Shown piece by piece: positions 19,553 to 28,542 of a stretch of DNA of 63,893 bases. This DNA is from Polymorphobacter sp. Its GTDB lineage: Bacteria; Pseudomonadota; Alphaproteobacteria; Sphingomonadales; Sphingomonadaceae. Under the pieces are notes generated by a model. It did no database searches and had not been told where the DNA came from. It worked only from the letters and a program-made list of their open reading frames with translations. The position numbers and the translations under genes were made by a program. The stretch lies in contig JANPEP010000008.1 of NCBI GenBank assembly GCA_031422995.1, positions 1 through 63,893 on the forward strand, read 5' to 3'. The stretch's first letter is position 1, and every line of letters starts with the position of its first letter.

Positions 19553-21607
19553 CTAATGCACGCAGAACGCGATATGGTCGCTGAACGTCCCGCCAATCTG
19601 CCCATAACCATGGGTCAGGTTCAACGTCGCCTCCAGCCACAATATATAAGCGCACGGGAGCAGCCCGGTGATGTTGAACGCCAGCCCGCCCGCCGCGGAA
19701 AGCGCCTGGCCATCGACAATCGCCGGATTGACCGTCGCCGGCACCGGCGCCGGCCCTTCAATATAGACGCTGCACGTCGCCAGATACGGATGATAGGCCG
19801 TGAACAGCGCGTGCAGTGACGGGGTATTGCCCGGCGTCAACGGCTCACAGCCATGCCCGATCAACTCCTCGATATCGAGCAGCAGCGCCAGCGGATAATC
19901 ATTGGCAATGCTGATCGTCGTCCCCGCCCAATCCGGATGCCGGTCAAAGGCATAGACGGTGTTGCTGAGGGCAATCCGCGGCAGCGTGTTGCCACTGATC
20001 GCCACCGCGCCAATAACCTTTCGTGCTTCGAAATTGATCGCGAACTGCGGCTTTTCCGAACGCTTGCTGTCGGCCGCCGGCGGCCCCGCCGGCACCGGCA
20101 TCCCGGCCAGGATCGGCAACCCCGCCCCCGGCCCATGCAGGTCGAACGGCTCCAGCGTCAGCTTGCGTGTATTCAACGCCGCCAGCATATGCGTCGGCGC
20201 AAACTTGCCGCCGCCATGTTGCGTCAGGTTGTTGTCGCTGGGCACCCGCACCCAGCCAGCGGCGGTGATCGGCGTCGACACCTGGATGTGCAGCGGCGGC
20301 CCGATATCCTGCTGGATGTCATAGAATTGCGGCGCGTTGTTGATGGAATAATCGGTGGTGCGCAGCTTCCATTGTCCCGGTGCCGGCAACGCCGTCGCAT
20401 CCCATTCCCAGAATTCCAGCGATCCGATGACCGTCCCGCCAATCTCCGCCTCGGTCAACGGCTGCGCCGCCCCACCCGGCAATTTCTGCGTGGTGAAGCG
20501 ATATTCGATCGGGTCGCCCGCCGGGCTGTCGGGCAACAACCCCAGCAACGGAATGCCGCCGGTAAAGGCGAATCCCCCCGCCGTCGTCGTCCCCACGCCG
20601 GTGAAATCGTTGAAGAACGGATCAACCCGATAATTGCCGACATGGTCAAAGATCGGAATGATTCCCGGCGGTGGGCACACACAGATGCACAACCGGTGGC
20701 AGACCATATAGCAGACCCAGTGGCACAGCTGATGGACATAGCGCTCGGCCTTGTGCTTCTTCACCCATTCGACAAAGCCCCGCTCGTCGTGCCTCGCCAC
20801 CACCGCGACCAACCGGGCGATTCCTTCCTTGTCGCGCACCAGCCGGCCGCTGAATTCGGCAAAACCCCGCATCTCGTCGATCGAAAAATCGTCGGTCATC
20901 GCAAAACTGTGAGTCAAGCGCAGGCACACCACCAGGCAGCGCCAGCTGCACAGCCAATAACAGATCAGCCGGCAATCGCGGTGCGGGCCGAAAATGTCTT
21001 TCAACACCGCACAATTCAGCGATGACGCACCATCGATGATCCGCTTCAAATCACCGGGCTTGCTCGCCACACTGGCCACCGCCACGGCAGAATCGCGCAG
21101 CCGCAGCACCAGCTCGCCGGGGTCCCACCGCAACCCGTCACACACCACCCGGCACACCAGATGACAGCGAACATAACACACCCAATGGCACAGCAGATGC
21201 GCGAACGCCTGCGCCTTCAGCTCGGCAACCACGGCATGAAACGCCCGCGGATCCTCGGCCTCGACCGCCTTGACCAGAACTTCGATCAACTTGGGCTGTT
21301 CGGCCAATTGCCGCAGCACACGGGTGAACGGCCCGATCTGCTCAACCGTCACCGGCTCGCGCGGCGGCCCCGCCAACAGGATGCACAACCGCACACATTC
21401 CTTGCTGCACACCCACTCACAGATCCGGTGGCACGATCCCAGCAATTGCGCCTTGTCGAGCACCTTGGCCCACAACTCGGAATCCCTGGCGCGAAACGCC
21501 TTTATCGCCGCCCCGAACAAGTCGGCATCCTTGGCCAACTGCATGATCGCCGCGCCGCCGCCACCGATGTCCTCGGCAACGTCGGACAATTCAATCGCAT
21601 CACTCAT
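19553..21607 (-). CDS. Uncharacterised 684-aa protein: four Cys-x3 repeat units plus beta-rich C-terminal region
   Basis: Long ORF with GGGGAG SD; repeats CHRICEWVCSKECVRLC, CHWVCYVRCHLVCRVVC, CRLICYWLCSWRCLVVC, CHWVCYMVCHRLCICVC. Confidence 0.85.
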   Translation of the reverse strand: MSDAIELSDVAEDIGGGGAAIMQLAKDADLFGAAIKAFRARDSELWAKVLDKAQLLGSCHRICEWVCSKECVRLCILLAGPPREPVTVEQIGPFTRVLRQLAEQPKLIEVLVKAVEAEDPRAFHAVVAELKAQAFAHLLCHWVCYVRCHLVCRVVCDGLRWDPGELVLRLRDSAVAVASVASKPGDLKRIIDGASSLNCAVLKDIFGPHRDCRLICYWLCSWRCLVVCLRLTHSFAMTDDFSIDEMRGFAEFSGRLVRDKEGIARLVAVVARHDERGFVEWVKKHKAERYVHQLCHWVCYMVCHRLCICVCPPPGIIPIFDHVGNYRVDPFFNDFTGVGTTTAGGFAFTGGIPLLGLLPDSPAGDPIEYRFTTQKLPGGAAQPLTEAEIGGTVIGSLEFWEWDATALPAPGQWKLRTTDYSINNAPQFYDIQQDIGPPLHIQVSTPITAAGWVRVPSDNNLTQHGGGKFAPTHMLAALNTRKLTLEPFDLHGPGAGLPILAGMPVPAGPPAADSKRSEKPQFAINFEARKVIGAVAISGNTLPRIALSNTVYAFDRHPDWAGTTISIANDYPLALLLDIEELIGHGCEPLTPGNTPSLHALFTAYHPYLATCSVYIEGPAPVPATVNPAIVDGQALSAAGGLAFNITGLLPCAYILWLEATLNLTHGYGQIGGTFSDHIAFCVH

Positions 21608-21895
21608 GTCACTCTCCCCAGGAACAGCAAAACAAGGCGCTCAGGCGATGATGCCTGAATGCGTTTCGATGCAACCCACGGAATTTTTATTGATCGTACA
21701 TAATTATTAATTATTGTTTACGTACGACTCTTGACAAAAAACCTACCACAAATCCTCAACGCGATATATGATTTCTTTGTTATACTACCAATGATATGCG
21801 TTTTATGGCTGCATTCACCGGCGCATGGTGCCACGTGACGCCTGCGCAATCTCTGCTATCCTGCGGGCCTCGCCAACCGCGTCGGACGCCCCCTC

Positions 21896-22588
21896 ATGAC
21901 CATCATCCTCTACACCGCCGCTACCCCCAATGGTTACAAGGTCTCGGTGGCGCTGGAGGAAATGGCGCTGCCCTATGATGTGGTGAAGATCGACCTGACC
22001 AAGGGCGAACAGAAATCCCCCGAATTCCTGGCCATCTGCCCCAATGGCCGAGTCCCGGCGCTTGTCGATGATGGATTTCCCATCTTTGAATCCGGCGCCA
22101 TCCTCATCCACCTTGCCGAAAAAACCGGGCTTTTCATGCCGTCGGACCCCCACGGCCGCAGCCGCGTCATCCAATGGCTGATGTTTCAAATGGGCGGCAT
22201 CGGCCCGATGATGGGCCAGGCCAATGTCTTCTACCGCTATTTCCCCGAAAAAATCCCCGCCGCCATCGCGCGATACCAGGGCGAGGGCCGCCGCCTGTTC
22301 ACCGTCCTCGACACCCAACTCGCCAGACACGAATATCTCGCCGGTGATTACAGCATCGCCGATATCGCCAATTGGTGCTGGGTCCGCACCGCCAAATGGT
22401 CGGGCATCGACACCGAAGGCCTGCCCCATCTCCACCGCTGGCTCGCCGCCATCGCCGAACGTCCGGCCGTCCAGCGCGGCATCACCGTCCCCGAAGCCGC
22501 CAAGATCAAGAGCGAAGACGAGGAAGAAATCCGCAAATTCACCGACCGCGCCCGCGGCCTCCTCGAAATGGGCAAACGCGAAGCTTAA
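21896..22588 (+). CDS. Glutathione S-transferase (YfcG/YghU-like)
   Basis: [30 protein letters not shown]. Confidence 0.92.
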   Translation: MTIILYTAATPNGYKVSVALEEMALPYDVVKIDLTKGEQKSPEFLAICPNGRVPALVDDGFPIFESGAILIHLAEKTGLFMPSDPHGRSRVIQWLMFQMGGIGPMMGQANVFYRYFPEKIPAAIARYQGEGRRLFTVLDTQLARHEYLAGDYSIADIANWCWVRTAKWSGIDTEGLPHLHRWLAAIAERPAVQRGITVPEAAKIKSEDEEEIRKFTDRARGLLEMGKREA

Positions 22589-22594
22589 ACAAAA

Positions 22595-22690
22595 CCCCTC
22601 TCCCGTAGCGCTGAAGCGTATGCGCCAGCGCATACTGGGGCGGGAGAGGGAGGGGCCCGCCCGCCTCTTGGCGGGTGGGAGGGTGAGGGC
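22595..22690. repeat. Family A composite element between convergent genes
   Basis: ccctctcccg...cgggagaggg, then cccgcc..ggcggg hairpin and gggtgaggg tail. Confidence 0.7.
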
Positions 22691-22716
22691 GGGAGACCGT
22701 CTGCCGCCACAAAACC

Positions 22717-23289
22717 CTACCGATACCCCGCCTCCACCTGCACCCCAAAACTGTTCAACGCCATGCTCACCATCACATATTGCCCAACCACAAACACCAG
22801 ATCCATCAACTGCCTGGCATCAAACCGCTCCGCCAGCCTCCCCCACGTCGCCTCCGACACAAAGTGATCCCTCACCAGCTCATCCACCGCCCGCAACAAC
22901 ACATCATCCGGCGCATCGCTACCCACCACCGGACCTGCCCGCGCCAGCGCCACATCCGCCGCCGTCATCCCGGCATGATCGAGCGCAATCGCCACATGAT
23001 GCTGCCATTCATAGGTCGCCCGGCACAGCCACCCCACCCGCAGGATCGCCAGCTCCCGATCCCGCGCCGAAAGCGACGACCGAAACAAGATCTGGTTGCC
23101 CCAGCGCCCGAACTGCCCCGCCAGTTGCGGATGATTGGCCAATGTCTTGAAAATATTGAACACCGGTGCCTCGTCTGCGCCCATCTCCCGCGGCCGATTT
23201 CCCAGCAACTGCTCCCGCAACGCCGGGTCCCAATCCTCCACCTCCAGCGGCATAATCCTTGGGCTGTCGACCCGGTGTGGCAAATCCAT
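22717..23289 (-). CDS. Carboxymuconolactone decarboxylase/AhpD family protein
   Basis: NIFKTLANHP, RDRELAILR, YEWQHH. Confidence 0.88.
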   Translation of the reverse strand: MDLPHRVDSPRIMPLEVEDWDPALREQLLGNRPREMGADEAPVFNIFKTLANHPQLAGQFGRWGNQILFRSSLSARDRELAILRVGWLCRATYEWQHHVAIALDHAGMTAADVALARAGPVVGSDAPDDVLLRAVDELVRDHFVSEATWGRLAERFDARQLMDLVFVVGQYVMVSMALNSFGVQVEAGYR

Positions 23290-23309
23290 TATGCCTTACC
23301 CCTCTGCAA

Positions 23310-23711
23310 TCACCCCCGGCGCTGGCCGTCCGCCGCTGCAACCACCACCAGCAACACGATCAACGCCACGCTATATTCGCTGCCACCGGTGCCATGCTCC
23401 CCGACGAACCAGCCAAGATGGCGATGGATCAGCATAATCCCGCCAATTGCGATTACCAGCAAGCCAGCCGCCGCCGGCCGCACCTGCCGCCCCAGCAACA
23501 GGCAGGCCCCCGCCACAATCTCCACCGCCGTGATCGCCCACACCAGCACCAGCCCCGCCGGAAACCCCTGCGCCTCCAGGAACTTGGCAAATTGCGGAAT
23601 CGAACCATTGGCGATCCGCATGATCGCATGCGCCATGAAGAACACCGCCGTCATCACCCGCGCCAGTACCAGCGCCGTCGGCAGCTTCACAAACGGGAAT
23701 CGCGGCGTCAC
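23310..23711 (-). CDS. DoxX family membrane protein
   Basis: FFMAHAIMR, EIVAG, GWFVGEHGTGGSEY. Confidence 0.85.
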   Translation of the reverse strand: MTPRFPFVKLPTALVLARVMTAVFFMAHAIMRIANGSIPQFAKFLEAQGFPAGLVLVWAITAVEIVAGACLLLGRQVRPAAAGLLVIAIGGIMLIHRHLGWFVGEHGTGGSEYSVALIVLLVVVAAADGQRRG

Positions 23712-23735
23712 TGCGTCACGACCTGGCGATTCCCG

Positions 23736-24329
23736 TCACACCTTGTCCGAATACAAAAATCGCCCGCCGCCCATCCGCGCCAGCACCTGCCGCAAATCCG
23801 CTTCCGTCACCGTGAAGCAACCCTGCGACCGCCCCAGCTTGCCCATATCCCGCGCCATCGCTTCGGTCACATAGGGCGCCGTATGGATCACAATCGCCCG
23901 CTCCAGTGCATTGTTGTTGGTCGCGTCCAGCCCTGACAGCCGCATCGACCGGCCATGCTTGCCGACATATTCGTCACCGGTGACAAACGCCCCGGCACAA
24001 CTCGCATAACTGCCATCGGCGTTCGAAAACTGCTTCAACCAGCCGCTGTGCGATGGGTCCGACCCACGGCCATGCGCCACCAGCATCGATGTCGTCACCC
24101 CCGAAACCATGTCCACCAAATGGAACCGCCGTTCACGCGAGGGCTGGCTGTAATCTGCAATCGCCATCACATCGCCGCGCTTTACCGCACTGCGGTGCCG
24201 CCCATAGGATGCCATCGCCCGCGTCATCAAACGTGCATCAAGCGTCGACGGCATGGCGGCCCGCGCTGGCACCACCAGCGCCGCCGCACCGGCTGCCGCA
24301 ACTCCCAAAAACCCGCGACGATCGAGCAA
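23736..24329 (-). CDS. L,D-transpeptidase catalytic domain (YkuD_2-type) protein, Tat-exported
   Basis: DRRGFL Tat signal, VAHGRGSD, RAIVIH, GRSQGC. Confidence 0.87.
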   Translation of the reverse strand: MLDRRGFLGVAAAGAAALVVPARAAMPSTLDARLMTRAMASYGRHRSAVKRGDVMAIADYSQPSRERRFHLVDMVSGVTTSMLVAHGRGSDPSHSGWLKQFSNADGSYASCAGAFVTGDEYVGKHGRSMRLSGLDATNNNALERAIVIHTAPYVTEAMARDMGKLGRSQGCFTVTEADLRQVLARMGGGRFLYSDKV

Positions 24330-24357
24330 ACATCAGTCCTTCGTGCAATTCCGGCGG

Positions 24358-25029
24358 TCAAATCCCGCGGAAGGTCGCAAAGTCCGCCAGCGCCGCCCGC
24401 GCCGGACGCGCTGCATTGGCTGGATCTGCTTCATCCTTAAAGCCAATCGCCATCCCGGTGAAGAGCATCCGGTCCTCGGGTATCCCGATAAAGTCTCGGA
24501 TTGTCGCAGGATAGATCGCCCAGCACTCCTGCGGGCACGAATCGAGCCCCTCCTCGCGCAACAACAGCATCAGCGATTGCAAATACATCCCCAGGTCGCT
24601 CCACTGCGGCGGCCCCATGGTCTTCGCCACCGTGCAGAACAGCGCCACCGGCGCGCCAAAGAACTGGAAATTGCGCGCGAACCACATCATCCGCTGCATC
24701 TTGTCCTCGCGCGGAATGCCCAGCGCCCGATACAACTCCTCCCCCACGGCAAAGCGATAATCCTTGTACGGCGATGCCAGCCCCTTGGGGTAAATGTCAT
24801 ACTCGGTCGGCTCGCCACCCGGATTTTCGGCCATCCGCGTCCGCATGATCGCCTTCAGCTCCGCCAGCGGCGCCCCCGCCACCACATCGATGTGCCAGGG
24901 CTGCACATTCCCCCCCGATGGCGCGCGTCCTGCTGCCTCGACAACGCGCCGAATTACCGCCGGATCGACTGGCGTATCCAGGAATCCCCGCACCGATCGG
25001 CGCGACGCAACCGCTTCACTCACCTTCAT
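24358..25029 (-). CDS. Nitroreductase family protein
   Basis: RRSVRGF, APSGGNVQPW, FFGAP. Confidence 0.92.
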   Translation of the reverse strand: MKVSEAVASRRSVRGFLDTPVDPAVIRRVVEAAGRAPSGGNVQPWHIDVVAGAPLAELKAIMRTRMAENPGGEPTEYDIYPKGLASPYKDYRFAVGEELYRALGIPREDKMQRMMWFARNFQFFGAPVALFCTVAKTMGPPQWSDLGMYLQSLMLLLREEGLDSCPQECWAIYPATIRDFIGIPEDRMLFTGMAIGFKDEADPANAARPARAALADFATFRGI

Positions 25030-25078
25030 GGCGTTTCCCCCACTTTCATCACGCCCCCGAATTGCCTAGGGATAGCGT

Positions 25079-25639
25079 GTGTTGTCCAGCCTCCCCAATC
25101 TGCTGACCCTCAGCCGGATCTTCGCCGTGCCGCTGCTCGTGGCGCTGATGTGGGGCACCGGCCATTGGCAATGGTTCACCGCCTTCATCCTGTTCACCAT
25201 CGCCGGCCTCACCGATTATCTCGATGGCTATCTCGCCCGTGCCCAGGGCACCGTCTCCAAAATCGGCGTCTTTCTCGATCCGATTGCCGACAAGATCATG
25301 GTCGCCGCCGTCATTGTCATGCTCATCCATTCGGGCCTCGTCCATGGCTTTGCCGTCATCGCCGCGATGATCATCCTGTTGCGTGAAATCATCGTTTCGG
25401 GCCTGCGCGAATATCTCGCCAGCCTCCAGGTCTCGCTGCCGGTCTCGGCGCTGGCCAAATGGAAAACCGCCTTCCAGATGATCGCGCTCGGCGCCCTCGT
25501 CCTTGCCGGCTCGGCCCCTGTCCTCATGCCCTGGCTGCCAGCACTCGAAATCGGCATCATCAGCCTGTGGATCGCCGCCGGCCTCACCCTCATCACCGGC
25601 TATGATTATCTCCGCGTCGGCCTGAAACATATGGCCTGA
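25079..25639 (+). CDS. pgsA: CDP-diacylglycerol--glycerol-3-phosphate 3-phosphatidyltransferase
   Basis: PNLLTLSR, DYLDGYLAR, FLDPIADK. Confidence 0.95.
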   Translation: MLSSLPNLLTLSRIFAVPLLVALMWGTGHWQWFTAFILFTIAGLTDYLDGYLARAQGTVSKIGVFLDPIADKIMVAAVIVMLIHSGLVHGFAVIAAMIILLREIIVSGLREYLASLQVSLPVSALAKWKTAFQMIALGALVLAGSAPVLMPWLPALEIGIISLWIAAGLTLITGYDYLRVGLKHMA

Positions 25640-25890
25640 TGCAGATTCTCTACTTCGCCTGGGTCCGGGAACGCATCGGCACCGCCGAAGAATCGCTCAC
25701 GCCGCCACCCGAAACCACCACCGTCGGCGCCCTGCTCGATTGGCTCGCCACCCGCTCCCCCGGCCACGCTGCGGCGCTGGCCGATCGCAGCGCCCTACGC
25801 TTCGCCCTCGACCAGGATTTCGTCGGCCCCGACACCCCCCTCGGCGGCGCCCGCGAAATCGCTATCTTCCCCCCCGTAACCGGTGGATGA
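25639..25890 (+). CDS. moaD: Molybdopterin synthase sulfur carrier subunit
   Basis: YFAWVRE, C-terminal FPPVTGG. Confidence 0.95.
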   Translation: MQILYFAWVRERIGTAEESLTPPPETTTVGALLDWLATRSPGHAAALADRSALRFALDQDFVGPDTPLGGAREIAIFPPVTGG

Positions 25891-25903
25891 AGCAAAAAAC
25901 CAA

Positions 25904-25955
25904 CTCCCTCCTCCCTGTGGGGAGGGCGACTCGCCAAAGGCGAGCGGGGTGGGGG
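25904..25955. repeat. Family A element between moaD and moaE
   Basis: ctccctcctccctgtggggagggcgactcgc-caaag-gcgagcggggtggggg; near twin of 28316-28391. Confidence 0.75.
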
Positions 25956-25978
25956 TCCCGCTCGCACCGCCCGTGCCC

Positions 25979-26407
25979 ATGATCACCACCCGCACCCAAT
26001 CCGCCCCCTTCGACACCGCCGCCGAATCCGCCGCCATCACCGCAGGCCGCACCGACATAGGCGCCCTCGTCACCTTCACCGGCCTCGTCCGCGACACGCA
26101 ACTCACCCTCGAACATTATCCCGCGATGACCGATCGGCAACTCGCCGCCATCGCCCGCCAAGCCGAAACCCGCTGGCCGATCCTCGCCGGCACCGTCATC
26201 CACCGCCACGGCAGTCTCGCCCCCGGCGATCCCATCGTCCTTGTCGCCATCGCCAGCGCCCACCGCGCCGCCGCGTTCGAAGCCGCCGAATTCCTCATGG
26301 ACTGGCTCAAAACCCGCGCGCCCTTCTGGAAACACGAAGCCGGCAGCGGCTGGGTCGCCGCCAAAGCCAGTGACGACACCGCCGCCAACCGTTGGGACAA
26401 GCCATGA
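25979..26407 (+). CDS. moaE: Molybdopterin synthase catalytic subunit
   Basis: FTGLVR, LEHYPAM, HR, FLMDWLKTRAPFWK. Confidence 0.93.
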   Translation: MITTRTQSAPFDTAAESAAITAGRTDIGALVTFTGLVRDTQLTLEHYPAMTDRQLAAIARQAETRWPILAGTVIHRHGSLAPGDPIVLVAIASAHRAAAFEAAEFLMDWLKTRAPFWKHEAGSGWVAAKASDDTAANRWDKP

Positions 26408-27084
26408 AACCCATCCTCTACCAATATCAAATCTCGCCCTTCTGCGACAAAGTCCGCCGCGCCATGCACCTCAAGGGCCTTGCCTGGGACACCGTCGAAG
26501 TCCCCATCATCCCCGGCAAATACAAGGCCATCAGCCCCACCGGAAAATTCCCGGCTGTCGATTTCGGCGGCACGATCGTCGTCGATTCAACCGATATCAT
26601 CGCCCATCTCGATACCATCGTTGCCGAGCCGCGCCTCATCCCCGCCGATTCGCGGCAGCGCGCCGATGCCCTCATCCTCGAGGACTGGGCCGACGAAAGC
26701 CTGTATTTCTACGATCTCACCATGCGCAACTGGCCGCAGAACCGCGCCTGGTTCATCAACGATCTGCTCCACGCCGAAACCGGCCTCAAACGCCGCATCA
26801 TGGCCGCCATGATCCCCGGCCCGCTCAAAAAAGTCGCCAACACCCAGGGCCTTGGCCGCAAATCCGAGGCGCAGGTCACCGCCGAACTCGCCCGTCACTA
26901 TGATGGCCTTGCCGCCAAACTCACTGGCAACGACTGGCTCGTCGGCGACCAGATCAGCATCGCCGATCTCGCCGTCCGATCGATGGTCTTCGTCCTCGAT
27001 CGCACCGTCGAAGGCAAGGCACTCACCACCGCCCGCCCGGCGCTCGCCGCCTGGAGCCAGCGCGTCGATGCGGCAACGACATGA
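26404..27084 (+). CDS. Glutathione S-transferase family protein
   Basis: SPFCDKVR, GKFP, DSTDI, SIADLA; ATGA overlap with moaE. Confidence 0.88.
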   Translation: MKPILYQYQISPFCDKVRRAMHLKGLAWDTVEVPIIPGKYKAISPTGKFPAVDFGGTIVVDSTDIIAHLDTIVAEPRLIPADSRQRADALILEDWADESLYFYDLTMRNWPQNRAWFINDLLHAETGLKRRIMAAMIPGPLKKVANTQGLGRKSEAQVTAELARHYDGLAAKLTGNDWLVGDQISIADLAVRSMVFVLDRTVEGKALTTARPALAAWSQRVDAATT

Positions 27085-27147
27085 TCGGGCTTCCCAGCAT
27101 CAGGGCGACACGGTAAAAGGCCGATCATAACCGGGGGAACGACGATC

Positions 27148-27756
27148 ATGGACAATATTGAACCACAGGCACCAATAAATGACGGCGTCATCGGCGCCAT
27201 GAGCGATGTCCTCGCCCGCAACTGGGGCTGGGTGATGCTGCGCGGCGTCCTCGGCATCATTATCGGCGTGCTGGCATTGTCGATGCCGATGGCCGCCATC
27301 GGCGCGCTGGTGCTGTTGTTCGCGCTCTATTCGATCGCCGATGGCATCGTCGCCATCATTTCCGCCGTTCGCGCCGCCAGCAAGGATCAACGCTGGGGCT
27401 GGTACCTCGTCTCGGGGCTGGTCAGCCTCGGTGCCGCCGCCGTCGCACTGTTCATGCCCATCGTCGCGGTCAAGGTCTTCCTCTACATCATGGCGTTCTG
27501 GGCAATCCTTGGCGGCACCGCGCTGCTCATCGCCGCCTTCAAACTCGATATCGAACATGGCCGCTGGGTGCTCATCCTCGGCGGTGCGCTCTCGGTGCTG
27601 TGGGGCGTCTTGCTGCTGTTCCAGCCGGCGGTCGGGGCGCTGGTGCTGGCGCTGTGGTTCGGCGTCTACACCCTCACCTTCGGCATCATCCTGGTCGTCC
27701 TCGCCTTCAAGCTGCGCAGCGGCGCCGAAAAGCTCAAGGCGCGGCTGACGGCCTGA
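27148..27756 (+). CDS. HdeD/DUF308 family membrane protein
   Basis: NWGWVMLRG, multiple hydrophobic segments. Confidence 0.85.
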   Translation: MDNIEPQAPINDGVIGAMSDVLARNWGWVMLRGVLGIIIGVLALSMPMAAIGALVLLFALYSIADGIVAIISAVRAASKDQRWGWYLVSGLVSLGAAAVALFMPIVAVKVFLYIMAFWAILGGTALLIAAFKLDIEHGRWVLILGGALSVLWGVLLLFQPAVGALVLALWFGVYTLTFGIILVVLAFKLRSGAEKLKARLTA

Positions 27757-27796
27757 CTGGCTTCGGACCGCGTCGCCTGCTATGCGGGCGCCGCGG

Positions 27797-28179
27797 TCAG
27801 AGGATCGGGCGATCGCCGCTGCGTCAGCAGGGGAGGAAAGTCCGGGCTCCACGGAACGCGGTGCCGGGTAACACCCGGCGAGGGTGACCTCAGGGAAAGT
27901 GCCACAGAGAGCAGACCGCCGATGGGCTCCTTTCGGGGAGAGACAGGCAAGGGTGAAAGGGTGCGGTAAAAGCGCACCGCGCGATGGGCAACCAAAGCGG
28001 CATGGCAAACCCCACCGGGAGCAAGACCGAATAGGGACGGCACGGACCTTCGGGTCCAGGGCAGGAACCGGCCCCGCCGTCCGGGTTGGTTGCTTGAGGC
28101 GCCGGGCAACCGGCGTCCTAGAGGAATGATCGTCCAGAAGTTTCGGCTTCAGACAGAACCCGGCTTACAGATCCTCTGA
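27797..28179 (+). ncRNA. rnpB: RNase P RNA, class A
   Basis: GAGGAAAGTCCGGGCT, GAAAGTGCCACAGA, AGACAGAACCCGGCTTA; terminal tcagaggatc/gatcctctga helix. Confidence 0.97.
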
Positions 28180-28180
28180 T

Positions 28181-28295
28181 CGCAGCGCGGCCAGCGCGCA
28201 GCGCAGCAGCGCGCGGAGTCGCGCAAGATCGGCCAGCGAGGCGGACAGCTTCGCTGGCCGAACTCGTCTGACGTCAGCATGGGCTTTGCCCATGC
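28181..28295 (+). repeat. Structured 3'-end repeat (family B) copy 3
   Basis: ggccagcgaggcgg...gaactcgtctgac...gcatgggctttgcccatgc directly after rnpB. Confidence 0.8.
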
Positions 28296-28315
28296 CCTTG
28301 CTTCCTTCTTCCTAA

Positions 28316-28391
28316 CTCCCTCCCCCCTGTGGGGAGGGCGACTCGCGCCGTTGACCTCCGGTCGCCTACGGCTGCGCGAGCGGGGTGGGGG
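28316..28391. repeat. Family A element with expanded loop
   Basis: Same ends as 25904-25955, loop replaced by a longer internal hairpin. Confidence 0.75.
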
Positions 28392-28430
28392 TGCCGCCCG
28401 CAGAGAATAAAGAAAGCCAGAAAGCAAGAA

Positions 28431-28542
28431 GCGCGGGCAAAGCCCACGCCGTCGGACGGGTTCGGCGCGCTTCGCCCGCGCCGCCCCGCCGGCCGAGCTT
28501 GCGCGAGTCCGCGCAGCTACGCTGCGCGCGGCCGCGGCTGCG
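28431..28542 (-). repeat. Structured 3'-end repeat (family B) copy 4
   Basis: gggcaaagccc, gtcggacgggttcg, ccgccccgccggccgagcttg, gcgcagctacgctgcgc; overlaps stop of the TPR gene. Confidence 0.8.
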
